Source: Candidatus Eiseniibacteriota bacterium
GTDB taxonomy: Bacteria > Eisenbacteria > RBG-16-71-46
Direction: 5' to 3'
DNA length: 64,000 nt
NCBI GenBank assembly: GCA_963707915.1
Contig: OY970178.1
Span: 1,952,001 to 2,016,000, forward strand
How positions within the stretch are numbered: the stretch's first letter is position 1; every line of letters starts with the position of its first letter. Shown here piece after piece: positions 42,601 through 52,541 of the stretch. The translations under genes were made by a program, and so were the position numbers. Under the pieces are notes generated by a model. The model saw only the letters and a program-made list of their open reading frames with translations. It had not been told where the DNA came from and did no database searches.

Positions 42601-42738
42601 GGCGGCGCGATACTCCTCGAGCGCTTCCGAGAAGTTGTCAGCCGCCAGATGCAGATCGCCGATCGCTTCGTGACGGCCGGCGCCGGTACGAGCGGCGTCC
42701 GCTGCGCGAGCCAGATCGGGGGGGATCTCTCTCTGCAC
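39649..42738 (-). CDS. TPR-GAF-AAA+ sigma54 enhancer-binding protein
   Basis: About 520 aa of TPR-like repeats (ALNNLGLVY, QNLGLIRY), GAF, GETGTGK, GAFTGA, HTH; no receiver domain. Confidence 0.93.
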   Translation of the reverse strand: MQREIPPDLARAADAARTGAGRHEAIGDLHLAADNFSEALEEYRAALSAVGPDAPVERVRILLRVAETHTARGDYESAVAALREARAAARLLGDPRQAANIAAHYAAALIQQGQYRRSRRYAHYAYAVLRDTDEHRTVGQVTATLGLCATRQGRSAEAIDWLQNAAATFRRIDDTDGLVTALNNLGLVYKNLREWREATRFLEQALRLDERAGLYSRMRGHHQNLGLIRYRLGQWDLAEENFRQSLRISRETGHVQGEAAALLATGLLARRRRQLESAEENFRRALELAGSVGALREATLAREFLGELALDRGDAMAALALLEPALDEARRAAPHGDLVAELETRTGLALLAAGRASEAQAHLARGAALAAQLGDSIEAAIADRALAQLDAVRGAAPGMQVKLLGAAQAFEDLGETYELAATLAGWGEFLLLLPASVRLRLPLEPVADAAKRAATLFRQLGVVSLASESLLTLARLETEREHYDQALGLLEQAELWLLEAGSPAGGRAEALRREIERQYVAVSLSTSNEFRALEDANRLFRETSDMNGLLAQTVKLAVENAGGDRGFVAFSSGGMRLDVVAQHGLGRDRARRILRALEEAVGPRLAESGPVFSSRVAADPRFGAAVADALESVASLVCVPLNFPSQAVGLVFVDRLNDNLLGPFKQRDVNLLAVLANSAAVAIVEAQRSLLLVENRELRDKLKPSAGMERVVTASREMKGLLALLSKVGDSSATVLFMGETGTGKGLLAQVVHESSNRRDRPFVQVNCAALPESLLESELFGYVHGAFTGAVRDKQGLFEEAEGGTIFLDEIEKVPESVQAKLLHVLDRSEIRPVGATRSKRVDARVICATGTDLRERIREGRFLEDLYYRLNDITVRVPALRERREDIPVLSQHFLGVYSRQMEKDLRGFSPEVMQLFLSHQWRGNVRELDKTVKRMVVLADQGDQLGIELLPPEMREPATRSAAPGEGPGEAGQSLRSSVSELERRVISEALDRHRWNKAKVARELGLSYPTLLSRIRTLELERRRS

Positions 42739-42844
42739 TTTCGAACCCTCGAGTCACATCACCCGGTTGGACATCCCGGTGGTTCGACTCCGGGAGGCCT
42801 TTGGTGCCGCGAAGCGCTTTGGAAGTCCGTTCGATCCGTCGGGA

Positions 42845-43162
42845 CTACCTCGCTCCGAGATATCGATTGGCCCACATCCTGAAGATCCAGCGCAGCCACG
42901 GGTCGGTGGCAGGGCCCCCGGTATGAGCACCCTTCCCACGCGGGACCGGCGACATCGAGCCCTGCGCGAGCGGATGCGGGGTCTGACCGACATCGGGCTC
43001 CCCGGAAGTCGGAGCAGCCGGCGGCTTCGACACGCTCGCGAGCGACGAGGCGGCGGACGGTGTGGCCGCCCTCCCGTCCGCGAACGCGGTCGACCAGCCT
43101 GCCGCGGCGACCACCGAGAGCAGGACCAGCAGGAGCAGGAGTCTGTTGCGATCGGAAATCAT
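42845..43162 (-). CDS. Small secreted peptide (105 aa) upstream of the TPR regulator
   Basis: Signal peptide ending AFA; low-complexity body with SGEPDVG; amphipathic WLRWIFRMWANRY tail; GGAGG RBS. Confidence 0.75.
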   Translation of the reverse strand: MISDRNRLLLLLVLLSVVAAAGWSTAFADGRAATPSAASSLASVSKPPAAPTSGEPDVGQTPHPLAQGSMSPVPRGKGAHTGGPATDPWLRWIFRMWANRYLGAR

Positions 43163-43278
43163 GCGCTTCCGCTCCCTCCAAAGCTGGCGACTGTGACGCA
43201 TACAGCGACAGAACCGACCGGGGCTGGAGCCGCCCCGGACGAACCCGAGAACCTGGGGGACCTCTTTGCGCCGGGGTA

Positions 43279-43307
43279 AGTATCCAGCGACACCGGGCGA
43301 CCGTCAA
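43279..43307 (-). promoter_or_regulatory. Sigma70 promoter of the peptide/regulator unit
   Basis: TTGACG-N17-GATACT. Confidence 0.6.
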
Positions 43308-43411
43308 CAGAAACCCCACCGACGCGGCCCTGGATGCCGGCAGGCCGCGGAGATCCCGGCGCCGCGGCGGCCCGGGGACGCCCCGGGCAGGGGGAGGGGA
43401 CCGGGCGAGGA

Positions 43412-44362
43412 CTACCTGCGGTCCAGGAACTCCCCGGCGGCCATGCGAACGAGCCCGTAGCGCAGCCCCTGGGTGGAGCAGACCAGCGCCGAGGAGGGAA
43501 AGCGCTCGAACAACAGGGCCACCACCAGGGCGCCGGCGACGACGATGTCGGCCCGGCCCTCCCCCACGGTGGAGAAGCCCCTGCGATCCTGGTGGCTTGC
43601 CCGGGAGAGCCGTTCCACCAATCCGAGGAGTCGCTCGGGGCGGATGGGCCACCCCTCGAGCAGCGCCGGGTCATAGGTTTCGAGTTGGCGGTCCATCGAC
43701 GCCAGGACAGTCACCGTCCCGCCGACGCCAGCGAAGAGCGGTACCTTGTTCGGCATTGATGCACAATGATGCATGACTCCAGCCTGCACTTCGGCCTTGA
43801 GGGCAAGGATCTCGTCGGGTCCGGGTGGGTCGGAATGCAGGAACCGCTCGGTCAGGCTGACCGCGCCGAATGGAAGGCTCGCCCATCGGCCCGTCCGGGC
43901 GCCGACGCCGCTGACCACCTCGGTGCTGCCCCCGCCGATGTCGAAGACCACGCAGGCGCTGCGGGCCGCCTTGCGGCCGAGGCCGAGGATGACCGAGCGG
44001 TAGACCAGTTGCGCCTCGTCCTCCCCCGTGAGGATGCGGACGGGCAGGCCCGACCGCCGTTCGACGATGTCGGCCACTTCCTTGCCGTTTCGGGCGTTGC
44101 GGATGGCGGCGGTGGCACCGATCACGATGTGCTTCGCACCCAGCGACCGCGCCCGCCGCACGAAGCCCGCGGCCAGGCCGCCGACCCGCTGCGCCAGTTC
44201 CTCCTCGATGGTCCCGGCCCGGTCCAGCCCGCGCGCCAGGCGGCAGACCTCCCCCGCCCTGGCCACCGTCTCCAGCGTCCCGTCCGGGCCGAGGCGCTCG
44301 TCGACCTCGGCGACCAGGAGCCGGATGGAGTTGGACCCGATGTCAATTGCAGCTACGCGCAT
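43412..44362 (-). CDS. ppx: Ppx/GppA exopolyphosphatase (short form)
   Basis: IDIGSNS, ATAAIR, DIGGGSTE. Confidence 0.93.
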   Translation of the reverse strand: MRVAAIDIGSNSIRLLVAEVDERLGPDGTLETVARAGEVCRLARGLDRAGTIEEELAQRVGGLAAGFVRRARSLGAKHIVIGATAAIRNARNGKEVADIVERRSGLPVRILTGEDEAQLVYRSVILGLGRKAARSACVVFDIGGGSTEVVSGVGARTGRWASLPFGAVSLTERFLHSDPPGPDEILALKAEVQAGVMHHCASMPNKVPLFAGVGGTVTVLASMDRQLETYDPALLEGWPIRPERLLGLVERLSRASHQDRRGFSTVGEGRADIVVAGALVVALLFERFPSSALVCSTQGLRYGLVRMAAGEFLDRR

Positions 44363-44377
44363 ATGTCAATCTCGTGG

Positions 44378-44935
44378 TCAGAGCAGGTAGTCTTCGAGTT
44401 CGTTCGTTCCGCGTGTCGGCCGGGGCCCGGCGATCACGTTCGGACCGGGCTCGCTGGAGGAGGAGGACCCGACCACTCCGCCGGTTCCCGACCGGGCGGC
44501 CGAGGGGCGGCCATCTCCACCCCGTGGCCGCTCGATGGCCGCCGACCGCGACTTGCGGCCCCCGGCCACCGGGGCCGGGCGAGCCGAGGGCCCGCCACGC
44601 GACCCGTCGTGGCCGTCGGCGCGCGCTTCCTGTCCGGCACCGGAGAGCGCCCAGCCCAGCAACTCCGTCAAGTCCGGCGCGTCCGCCCTCAGCCGGAATC
44701 GCACCCGCCTGCCTTCGCGGTGCCCGGCCACCAGGCCCACGCGCTCCAGCGCCTGCAGGTGCCGGGTCGTGCACGACTGCGACAGCCCCACTTCTTCCGC
44801 CAACTCGCCGACACACCGGTCGGAGACCGCGAGCGCCCGGACCAGGCGGAAACGCGAGGGCTCCCCCAGGCAGGCCAGGACCGGACGCGCCGGGTCTTCG
44901 TTCGGATCTGGATCTTTCATTGCACGACGATGCAT
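44378..44935 (-). CDS. ArsR/SmtB-family regulator with disordered tail
   Basis: LGEPSRFRLVRAL...VGELAE..GLSQS.TTRHLQ.L...GLV; start 44935 or 44920. Confidence 0.85.
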   Translation of the reverse strand: MHRRAMKDPDPNEDPARPVLACLGEPSRFRLVRALAVSDRCVGELAEEVGLSQSCTTRHLQALERVGLVAGHREGRRVRFRLRADAPDLTELLGWALSGAGQEARADGHDGSRGGPSARPAPVAGGRKSRSAAIERPRGGDGRPSAARSGTGGVVGSSSSSEPGPNVIAGPRPTRGTNELEDYLL

Positions 44936-45010
44936 ATCACATCCCGCGATTGACCGCAATGAGTTGGCTCTGATAGTTTTCCCATTGCCCGGCAATGACC
45001 GCGCACACCC

Positions 45011-46084
45011 ATGTCCAATCTCCCGAATCCATCGCCTCACCCCCCCGCCGCCCCGAGCTTCTACGGACTGACCCGTGAACGGTTGGCCGAACGGCTGGCG
45101 AGCCAGGGTGTGCCCGCCTTCCGGGCATCCCAGTTGTTCACCTGGGTCTACCGGAAGCACCAGCGCGACCCCGAAGCCATGAGCAACCTTCCGCTCGCGT
45201 TCCGGCGTGAACTGTCCGGGCTCGTGGACCTCCGCCTGCCGACCGTCGCCTCGCACCTCGCCACGCCCGACGGCGACACCCACAAGCTGGTGCTCTCCCT
45301 GGCCGACGGCCGGCGGGTCGAGTGCGTCTCGATGCGCGCGGAGCGCGGCCTGACGTTCTGCCTCTCGAGCCAGGTCGGCTGCGCCCTGCGCTGCTCGTTC
45401 TGCGCGACCGGGACGATGGGACTCCAGCGCAACCTGCGCGCCGAGGAGATCGTGGCCCAGGTGCTGATCATGGGAGACCACCACGGCTGGGAGGACGACG
45501 GCTTCAACCTGGTGCTCATGGGCATGGGCGAGCCGCTGGCGAACTACGAGGCCGTGATGGAGGCCGTGCGCATCCTCCACGACGAGCTGGGACTCAACCT
45601 CGGCGCGCGACGCATCACGCTGTCCACCAGCGGACTGGTGCCGCAGATCGAGCGCCTCGCCGGGGAAGGCCTCGCGCTCGGACTGGCGCTCTCGCTGCAC
45701 GCCACCACCGACGCGCTGCGCGACACGCTGGTGCCCGTCAACCGGCGCTGGCCGCTGCGCGAGCTGCTGCCGGCCGTCCAGGCCTACGGGCTGCGCACCG
45801 GGCGGCGCGTGACGCTCGAGTACACGCTGATCGCCGACCTGAACGATGCGCCGGAGGACGCCGACCGGCTGGCCGCCATCGCGCGCGACCTGCCCAGCAA
45901 GATCAACCTCATCCCCTACAATCCCGTTCCCGGGCTCCCGTACCGGAGCCCCGGCCCGCAGGCGCTCCAGGCCTTCGCCGAGCGGCTCTACCCGCAGGCT
46001 CCCGCCGTCACCCTGCGCCACACGCAGGGCGGCGAGATCTGGGCCGCCTGCGGACAACTCGCGAACCTGGGCGACGGGGCCTGA
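45011..46084 (+). CDS. rlmN: 23S rRNA A2503 / tRNA A37 C2-methyltransferase
   Basis: SQVGC.L.CSFC, MGMGEP, AACGQL. Confidence 0.96.
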   Translation: MSNLPNPSPHPPAAPSFYGLTRERLAERLASQGVPAFRASQLFTWVYRKHQRDPEAMSNLPLAFRRELSGLVDLRLPTVASHLATPDGDTHKLVLSLADGRRVECVSMRAERGLTFCLSSQVGCALRCSFCATGTMGLQRNLRAEEIVAQVLIMGDHHGWEDDGFNLVLMGMGEPLANYEAVMEAVRILHDELGLNLGARRITLSTSGLVPQIERLAGEGLALGLALSLHATTDALRDTLVPVNRRWPLRELLPAVQAYGLRTGRRVTLEYTLIADLNDAPEDADRLAAIARDLPSKINLIPYNPVPGLPYRSPGPQALQAFAERLYPQAPAVTLRHTQGGEIWAACGQLANLGDGA

Positions 46085-46110
46085 GCCGACATGCACAGCC
46101 GGTTCGCGCC

Positions 46111-47624
46111 GTGAGCCTCCGCGCCCGCCTGATCGCGGCCCTGCTGGCGCTCGCGCTCCTGCCGACCGCGGTCTTCACCACCTTCACGCTGATCGAGTTG
46201 GACCGTGCCACGCAGGGGTGGTTCCGCCCCGGCGTGGACCGCGCGCTCGAGTCGGCCCAGCAGGTGAGCCGGACCGCGCTCGCGCGGATGGAAGCCACCT
46301 CGCTCTCGCGGGCCCGCGCCTGGGCCCGCTGGGCGACCGGCCCGGAACTCGACCTCGCCGGCCACACCCGTGCCCGCGCCGGGTTGCTGGAGGCGGGACT
46401 CGACTTCCTGCAGATCTACGGCCGGGTGGACGGCCGCTGGAGACTGCTCGAACAGGTGGTGCCCGAGGGGACGCCCCGGCTTCGCGGGGCGGACCTCTCC
46501 GCCGACCTGGACGCCGCGCTCGCCGGCGACGGCCTGGTCCGGTCGAACCACGGCGCGCTCGCCGGGGTCGCCCGGGTGGACTCCACCCACGCGCTCGCGG
46601 CGGGCATGCGGGTGCCGGCCGGCTTCTTCGCCGACGTGGAGCGCGTGAGCGAGGGACGCGGCGCGTACAGCCGGCTCGGCGTGATGGTGGACGTGCAGCG
46701 CCCGCTCACCTGGCTGCTGGTCGGGGGGCTGGTGCTCCTGCTGGGCGCGCTCGCGCTGTTCCTCGCCCGGGCGCTCGCCCGTCCCATCGCGCGTCCCCTC
46801 ACCGAGCTGTCGGCCGCGCTCGACCGCGTGGCCGACGGCGACCTGCGGGTGCGCGTGACCCCGCGCGGGGCGCGCGAGTTGCGCATGCTCGGCAGCGCCT
46901 TCAACGCCATGACCGCGCGGCTCGAGGAGGCGCGCACCGCGATGGCCGAGGCCGAGCGCGAGGCGGCCTGGCGGGACGTGGCGCGCAAGCTGGCGCACGA
47001 GTTCAAGAACATCCTCACCCCGCTCAAGCTCTCCCTGCAGCTGGTCGAGGCGGAGCTCGCGTCCGCGCCCGGGCCGCGCCGTGACACCGGCACGAACCTC
47101 CAGGCCGCCCTCGACGAGGTCGCGCAGCTGGCGCGGCTGGCCGAGCAGTTCTCCCAGTACGCGCGCCTGCCCGAGCCGCAACTGGAGTCGCTCGACCTGG
47201 CCCAGGTGGCCCGTTCGGCGGCGGGCCGCCCGATGTGCGAAGGTGTGGCGATCGCCTGCACGACCGATGAACCGGTGCCGGTGCGGGGCGACCGCGTGCT
47301 GCTGGCGCGGGCCGCACACAACCTGGCGCTCAACGCATGCGAGGCCAGCCCCGCGGGCGCGGTGGTCGAGATCGCCGCGCGACGCGAGCACGGTCACGCG
47401 GTGCTCGAGGTGCTGGACCGTGGCCCCGGCCTGCCCGCCGGGCTCACCGACCGGCTGTTCGAGCCCTACGTGAGCACGAAGCGGCGCGGCAGCGGCCTGG
47501 GTCTCTCGCTGGTGCGGGACATCGCGCGGCAGCACGGCGGGACGGTGTCGCTCCAGGACCGCGCGGGCGGCGGGGCGTGCGCACGGCTCGTGCTGCCGCT
47601 GGCGAAGGAAGGCGAGGTCTCTCG

Positions 47625-47628
<4 letters not shown>
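46111..47628 (+). CDS. HAMP sensor histidine kinase (NtrY-like)
   Basis: Two TM segments, HAMP, AWRDVARKLAHEFKN. Confidence 0.9.
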
Positions 47629-48971
<1,343 letters not shown>

Positions 48972-49115
48972 GCCGATGCGACGCGCGCGCGGAGGCGGGG
49001 ACGTGGCGTGGCGCGGCGGCATGCCCGTGTCGCGCGGGCGCGACACCGTGCGCGCGGGGCACGGCGCGAGACGCCGCGAGCGCCGCGGCGGCGGCGCCCC
49101 GGGGCGGACGGACGG

Positions 49116-49130
49116 TGGTATGGCGCTTGC
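49116..49130 (+). promoter_or_regulatory. Sigma54 promoter
   Basis: TGGTAT-GGCGC-TTGC, 40 nt before GTG 49170. Confidence 0.6.
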
Positions 49131-49169
49131 GATGGGGGCAGGGTTCCCCCATCCCGCCCAGGAGGCGAC

Positions 49170-50528
49170 GTGAGACCCATCATCCTCATCCTGCTGCTGG
49201 CGGCCCTGGCCGGCGCGCACCCGGCCCGCGCCGCCGCTCCCGACACGCTCGGGACGGGCCCGGCCCGCGCCGCCGTTCCCGACACGCTCGGGACGGGCCC
49301 GCCCGGGCTGCTCGAGTTCGCACCGCTCGCACCGGACTCCGATTCCGCGGAGGCCCCGCCCCCGCCGGATGCCGGCTTCGTGGGCCAGACCGAGTGGCTG
49401 AGCGCCCCGTTCGGCGAGCGCCTGCTCAGCGAGCCCGATGTCTGGCGCACGCGGCGCCTCCAGCTCGGGCGCAACGCCCGCAACACGCGCCTCGAGCCGG
49501 TCGTCGACTACAACCGCGTGGACCTGTTCCGGGTCGGGCTCACCGGCGAGGCCCAGGACCCGTCCACCATGGCGCCGCGTATCGGCGGCCGGTACGACTA
49601 CGCCACCGGGCGGCGGCGCGCGTTGTACGGCGTGCAACTCGAGCAACCGCTGCTGCCCCCCGGCCTGCTGGTCCTCGGCGTCTCGCTCTCGCGCCGCACC
49701 GACCACAGCGAGCTGCAGCAGACCGACGACGTCGAGAACAGCCTGGCGCTGCTGATCGCGCGGCAGGACTACCGTGACTACTTCGAGCGCGAGGGCTTCG
49801 GCGCCTACCTGGCCTGGCGCGTCCCCGACTTCTCGGTCGTCAGCGTGCACGTCCGCAACGACACCTACCGCTCGCTGGCGGTCCGCGGCGACACCTACTC
49901 GTTCTTCGAGCGCGACCAGGCGGTGCGCGGGAACCCGGCGGTGGCCGAGGGCGACGTCCACGCCGTGCTGTTCCGGCTGGAGCGCCAGACCCAGCGCACC
50001 GCGCGCACGCGCGCCGGGTTCTACCACTGGATCGAGGTCGAGCGCGCCGGCCACGGGATGGGCGGCGACTTCGAGTACACCCGCGCGCTGGCCGACGTGC
50101 GCACCGTCTGGCGGCTCTCCCCGACCGCGACGCTGGCGCTGCGCGCCGCGGGCGGGACCACGGCCACCGGCGTGCTGCCGCCGCAGAAGGAGTTCACCAT
50201 CGGAGGCGTGGACGGACTGCGCGCGCACGCCTTCGCGCAGTACCGCGGCAACCAGCTGCTGCTGGCGCAGGCCGAGTTCACGACCGCGCTGCCGCGCGTG
50301 CGGCCGCGCGGGTTCGACGCCGGGCTGCACGCGATCGCCTTCGTGGACGTCGGCCGGGCCTGGGACGACGGCGGCCACGCGTGGTGGCCCGGCCGGCAGC
50401 GGATGCAGGTGGACGGCGGCTTCGGGCTGACCACCGCGGAGGACAACCTGCGGGTCTACGTGGCCCGCGACCTGCAGCAGTCGCACGCGGACGCGGTGTT
50501 CAGCGTGCGGCTCCAGCGGCCCTTCTGA
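49170..50528 (+). CDS. Omp85/BamA-TamA-like outer-membrane barrel lacking POTRA domains
   Basis: Signal peptide; YNRVD; IGGVDGLRAH; terminal Phe; GGAGG RBS. Confidence 0.8.
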   Translation: MRPIILILLLAALAGAHPARAAAPDTLGTGPARAAVPDTLGTGPPGLLEFAPLAPDSDSAEAPPPPDAGFVGQTEWLSAPFGERLLSEPDVWRTRRLQLGRNARNTRLEPVVDYNRVDLFRVGLTGEAQDPSTMAPRIGGRYDYATGRRRALYGVQLEQPLLPPGLLVLGVSLSRRTDHSELQQTDDVENSLALLIARQDYRDYFEREGFGAYLAWRVPDFSVVSVHVRNDTYRSLAVRGDTYSFFERDQAVRGNPAVAEGDVHAVLFRLERQTQRTARTRAGFYHWIEVERAGHGMGGDFEYTRALADVRTVWRLSPTATLALRAAGGTTATGVLPPQKEFTIGGVDGLRAHAFAQYRGNQLLLAQAEFTTALPRVRPRGFDAGLHAIAFVDVGRAWDDGGHAWWPGRQRMQVDGGFGLTTAEDNLRVYVARDLQQSHADAVFSVRLQRPF

Positions 50529-50541
50529 TCCGGCATCCTTC

Positions 50542-51252
50542 GTGCGCTCCCCGCTCCCCGTCCGCTCCAGCGCCCCGCCGCGGCGCGACCCGCGCGACCG
50601 CGCCGTGGCGCGCGCCGCGCTCCTGCTCGCGCTGCTGCTCGCGCCGGCGCCGGCGGCACGCGCCCTGGAGATCACGGCCCAGCCGCCGCGCGAACACAGC
50701 GGCTACCTGTGGGTGGATGTCCGGCTCGGCGAGCTGTTCGACTCGCGGGTGGCGGGCAGCCTCGCGCGCGGCATGCCGGCGACGCTCGCGCTGCACGCCG
50801 AGCTGTGGAGGCGGCGTACCGGCTGGTTCGACGACCTCGAGAGCGTCTTCGATGCCGAGCTGCGCCTGCAGTACGACTTCCGCAGCGCCGCCTATCGCCT
50901 CGAGCGCACCGGGGCCCGCACCCTGCTCGTGCCCGGGCTGGACTCGGTGCGCACCGTGCTCCAACAGCTCCTGCCGCTGCCGGTCGGGCGCGTGGGCCCG
51001 CTGATCGCGGATCGGCGCTACTACGTCGTGGTGTCCGCGACGCTCAAGCCATTGAGGGTGGAGGACGCGGCGGAGGTCGAGGACTGGCTCTCGGGGGAGG
51101 TCGGAGGCGGGAGCCGGCAACCGTTCGGCCTGCTGACCGGCCTGCCCCGCTCGCTGTTCGACACGGCGCGCAACTTCGCCGGCTTCGGCGACGAGCACGC
51201 GCGCGCCATCACCGACGACTTCGGCTTGCAGGACCTGTTCGGCGGGCGGTAG
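50542..51252 (+). CDS. DUF4390-like secreted protein
   Basis: Signal peptide; ELWRRRTGWFD..LQYD; often found near NtrY/X. Confidence 0.7.
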   Translation: MRSPLPVRSSAPPRRDPRDRAVARAALLLALLLAPAPAARALEITAQPPREHSGYLWVDVRLGELFDSRVAGSLARGMPATLALHAELWRRRTGWFDDLESVFDAELRLQYDFRSAAYRLERTGARTLLVPGLDSVRTVLQQLLPLPVGRVGPLIADRRYYVVVSATLKPLRVEDAAEVEDWLSGEVGGGSRQPFGLLTGLPRSLFDTARNFAGFGDEHARAITDDFGLQDLFGGR

Positions 51253-51270
51253 CCGGGTCGGGCCCCGGAG

Positions 51271-52288
51271 TCAGGGCAGCAGGGTCACGCGGGCGCTGGC
51301 GCTGCCGTCGCGCGCGCGGGCGAAGACCACCCCCGGGGCGGGCTGGGCGCCGGACTCGTCCCGGCCGTCCCAGATCCAGCGCACGCCGCCGAAGACGGGC
51401 TCGGGCTCGACCGTGGCCAGGCGGCGGCCGGCGAGGTCGAACAGGTCCAGCGCCACCGGCGCGGAACCCTTCCGCGAGAAGAGCACCGGGCCCCGGGCCG
51501 GGTTGGGGCGCACGCCGAGCGAGACGGTCAGCAGCGGCCCCGAGAGCGAGAGCATGAAGTCCGCCAGGCCGGCGACCTGCGCGGGCGGCGTGAGCGAGGC
51601 GTTCTCGACGTTGCCGCTCGAGCGGGCCAGCGGGCCGCCGAACAGACCGCGGAAGTCCTCGGCGAAGATCTCGTGCGGCCGGTCGGAATGGGCCGCGCTG
51701 CTGGAGTAGACGTTGAGGTCGGTGATGCCGCGCAGGCCGCGGTAGCGCCCCCACGAGACGGCGTCCTGGTCCGGCAGGCGCGCGTACTGGATGACGTGGC
51801 CCAGCTCGTGGACGGATTCGGACTGCTGCTGCTCGCGCGAGCACCTGGTAGACGCCCGGCGAGAGCAGGATGAGCCCGGGGGCCGCGGCCGAGGTCAGGC
51901 CGGCGCGACGCGGGTAGGGGAGGATGAAGATCTCGGCCGCCACGCCGTCGAGCGGGTAGGTGACCGCGGCGAGCGCGGCGCGCACTTCGCCGGCGTCGAA
52001 GACGTGGAACTCCCCGTCGCCGTGGTTCGAGATGGCGGAGTCCGCCGGGGAGGTGACGAGCTCGAAGCTCATCCCGCCGGGCAGCACCAGCCAGAGCACG
52101 CCCTGGGAGTCCGGGCGGCACCAGTCGCGCAGCGTCTCCTGGGCGTCGTGGATGACGAGGCGGACGGGCGCCGGGAAGCCGCCGACCTGCATCTCGTTGG
52201 CGGCGGCCGGAACGATGGCCGGTACGGCGAGCAGGCCAGCCAGCGCGAGGGTGCGGGCGAAGTGGCGGATGCGGAGGACGGGCTCCAT
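51271..52288 (-). pseudogene. Frameshifted secreted HExxH metallopeptidase with FlgD-like C-terminal domain
   Basis: N-terminal frame (MEPVLR...PGVYQV) shifts near 51840 into SREQQQSESVHELGH...HEIFAEDF...PNP...WDGRD. Confidence 0.75.
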
Positions 52289-52302
52289 GCCGAAGCCCTA
52301 AC

Positions 52303-52317
52303 GCCACAAACATGCCA
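52303..52317 (-). promoter_or_regulatory. Possible sigma54 promoter
   Basis: TGGCAT-GTTTG-TGGC, 15 nt before ATG 52288. Confidence 0.45.
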
Positions 52318-52541
52318 GCCACGACGCCCGCAGCGGCCGGCGGACGTCCGGCGGATCAGCCCGTCAATCTGCTGCCGGGAAACCGGTTACGGGATCGCTC
52401 CGGAGCGGTCCATGGAACTCGGCCAGCCGGCCCGCAGCCGACGGAGACGGAAACCGGGGAATCCGACCCACGGCACCGACGGCCGTGGGTCGGATTCCGC
52501 TCCCCAGGCGTGTCCGGGGTCGCGATCGCCCGCGCAGGCTC

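Noticed and set aside
51209..52288. Track ORFs of 359 aa and 94 aa as separate genes
   Set aside because: Better explained as one frameshifted gene.
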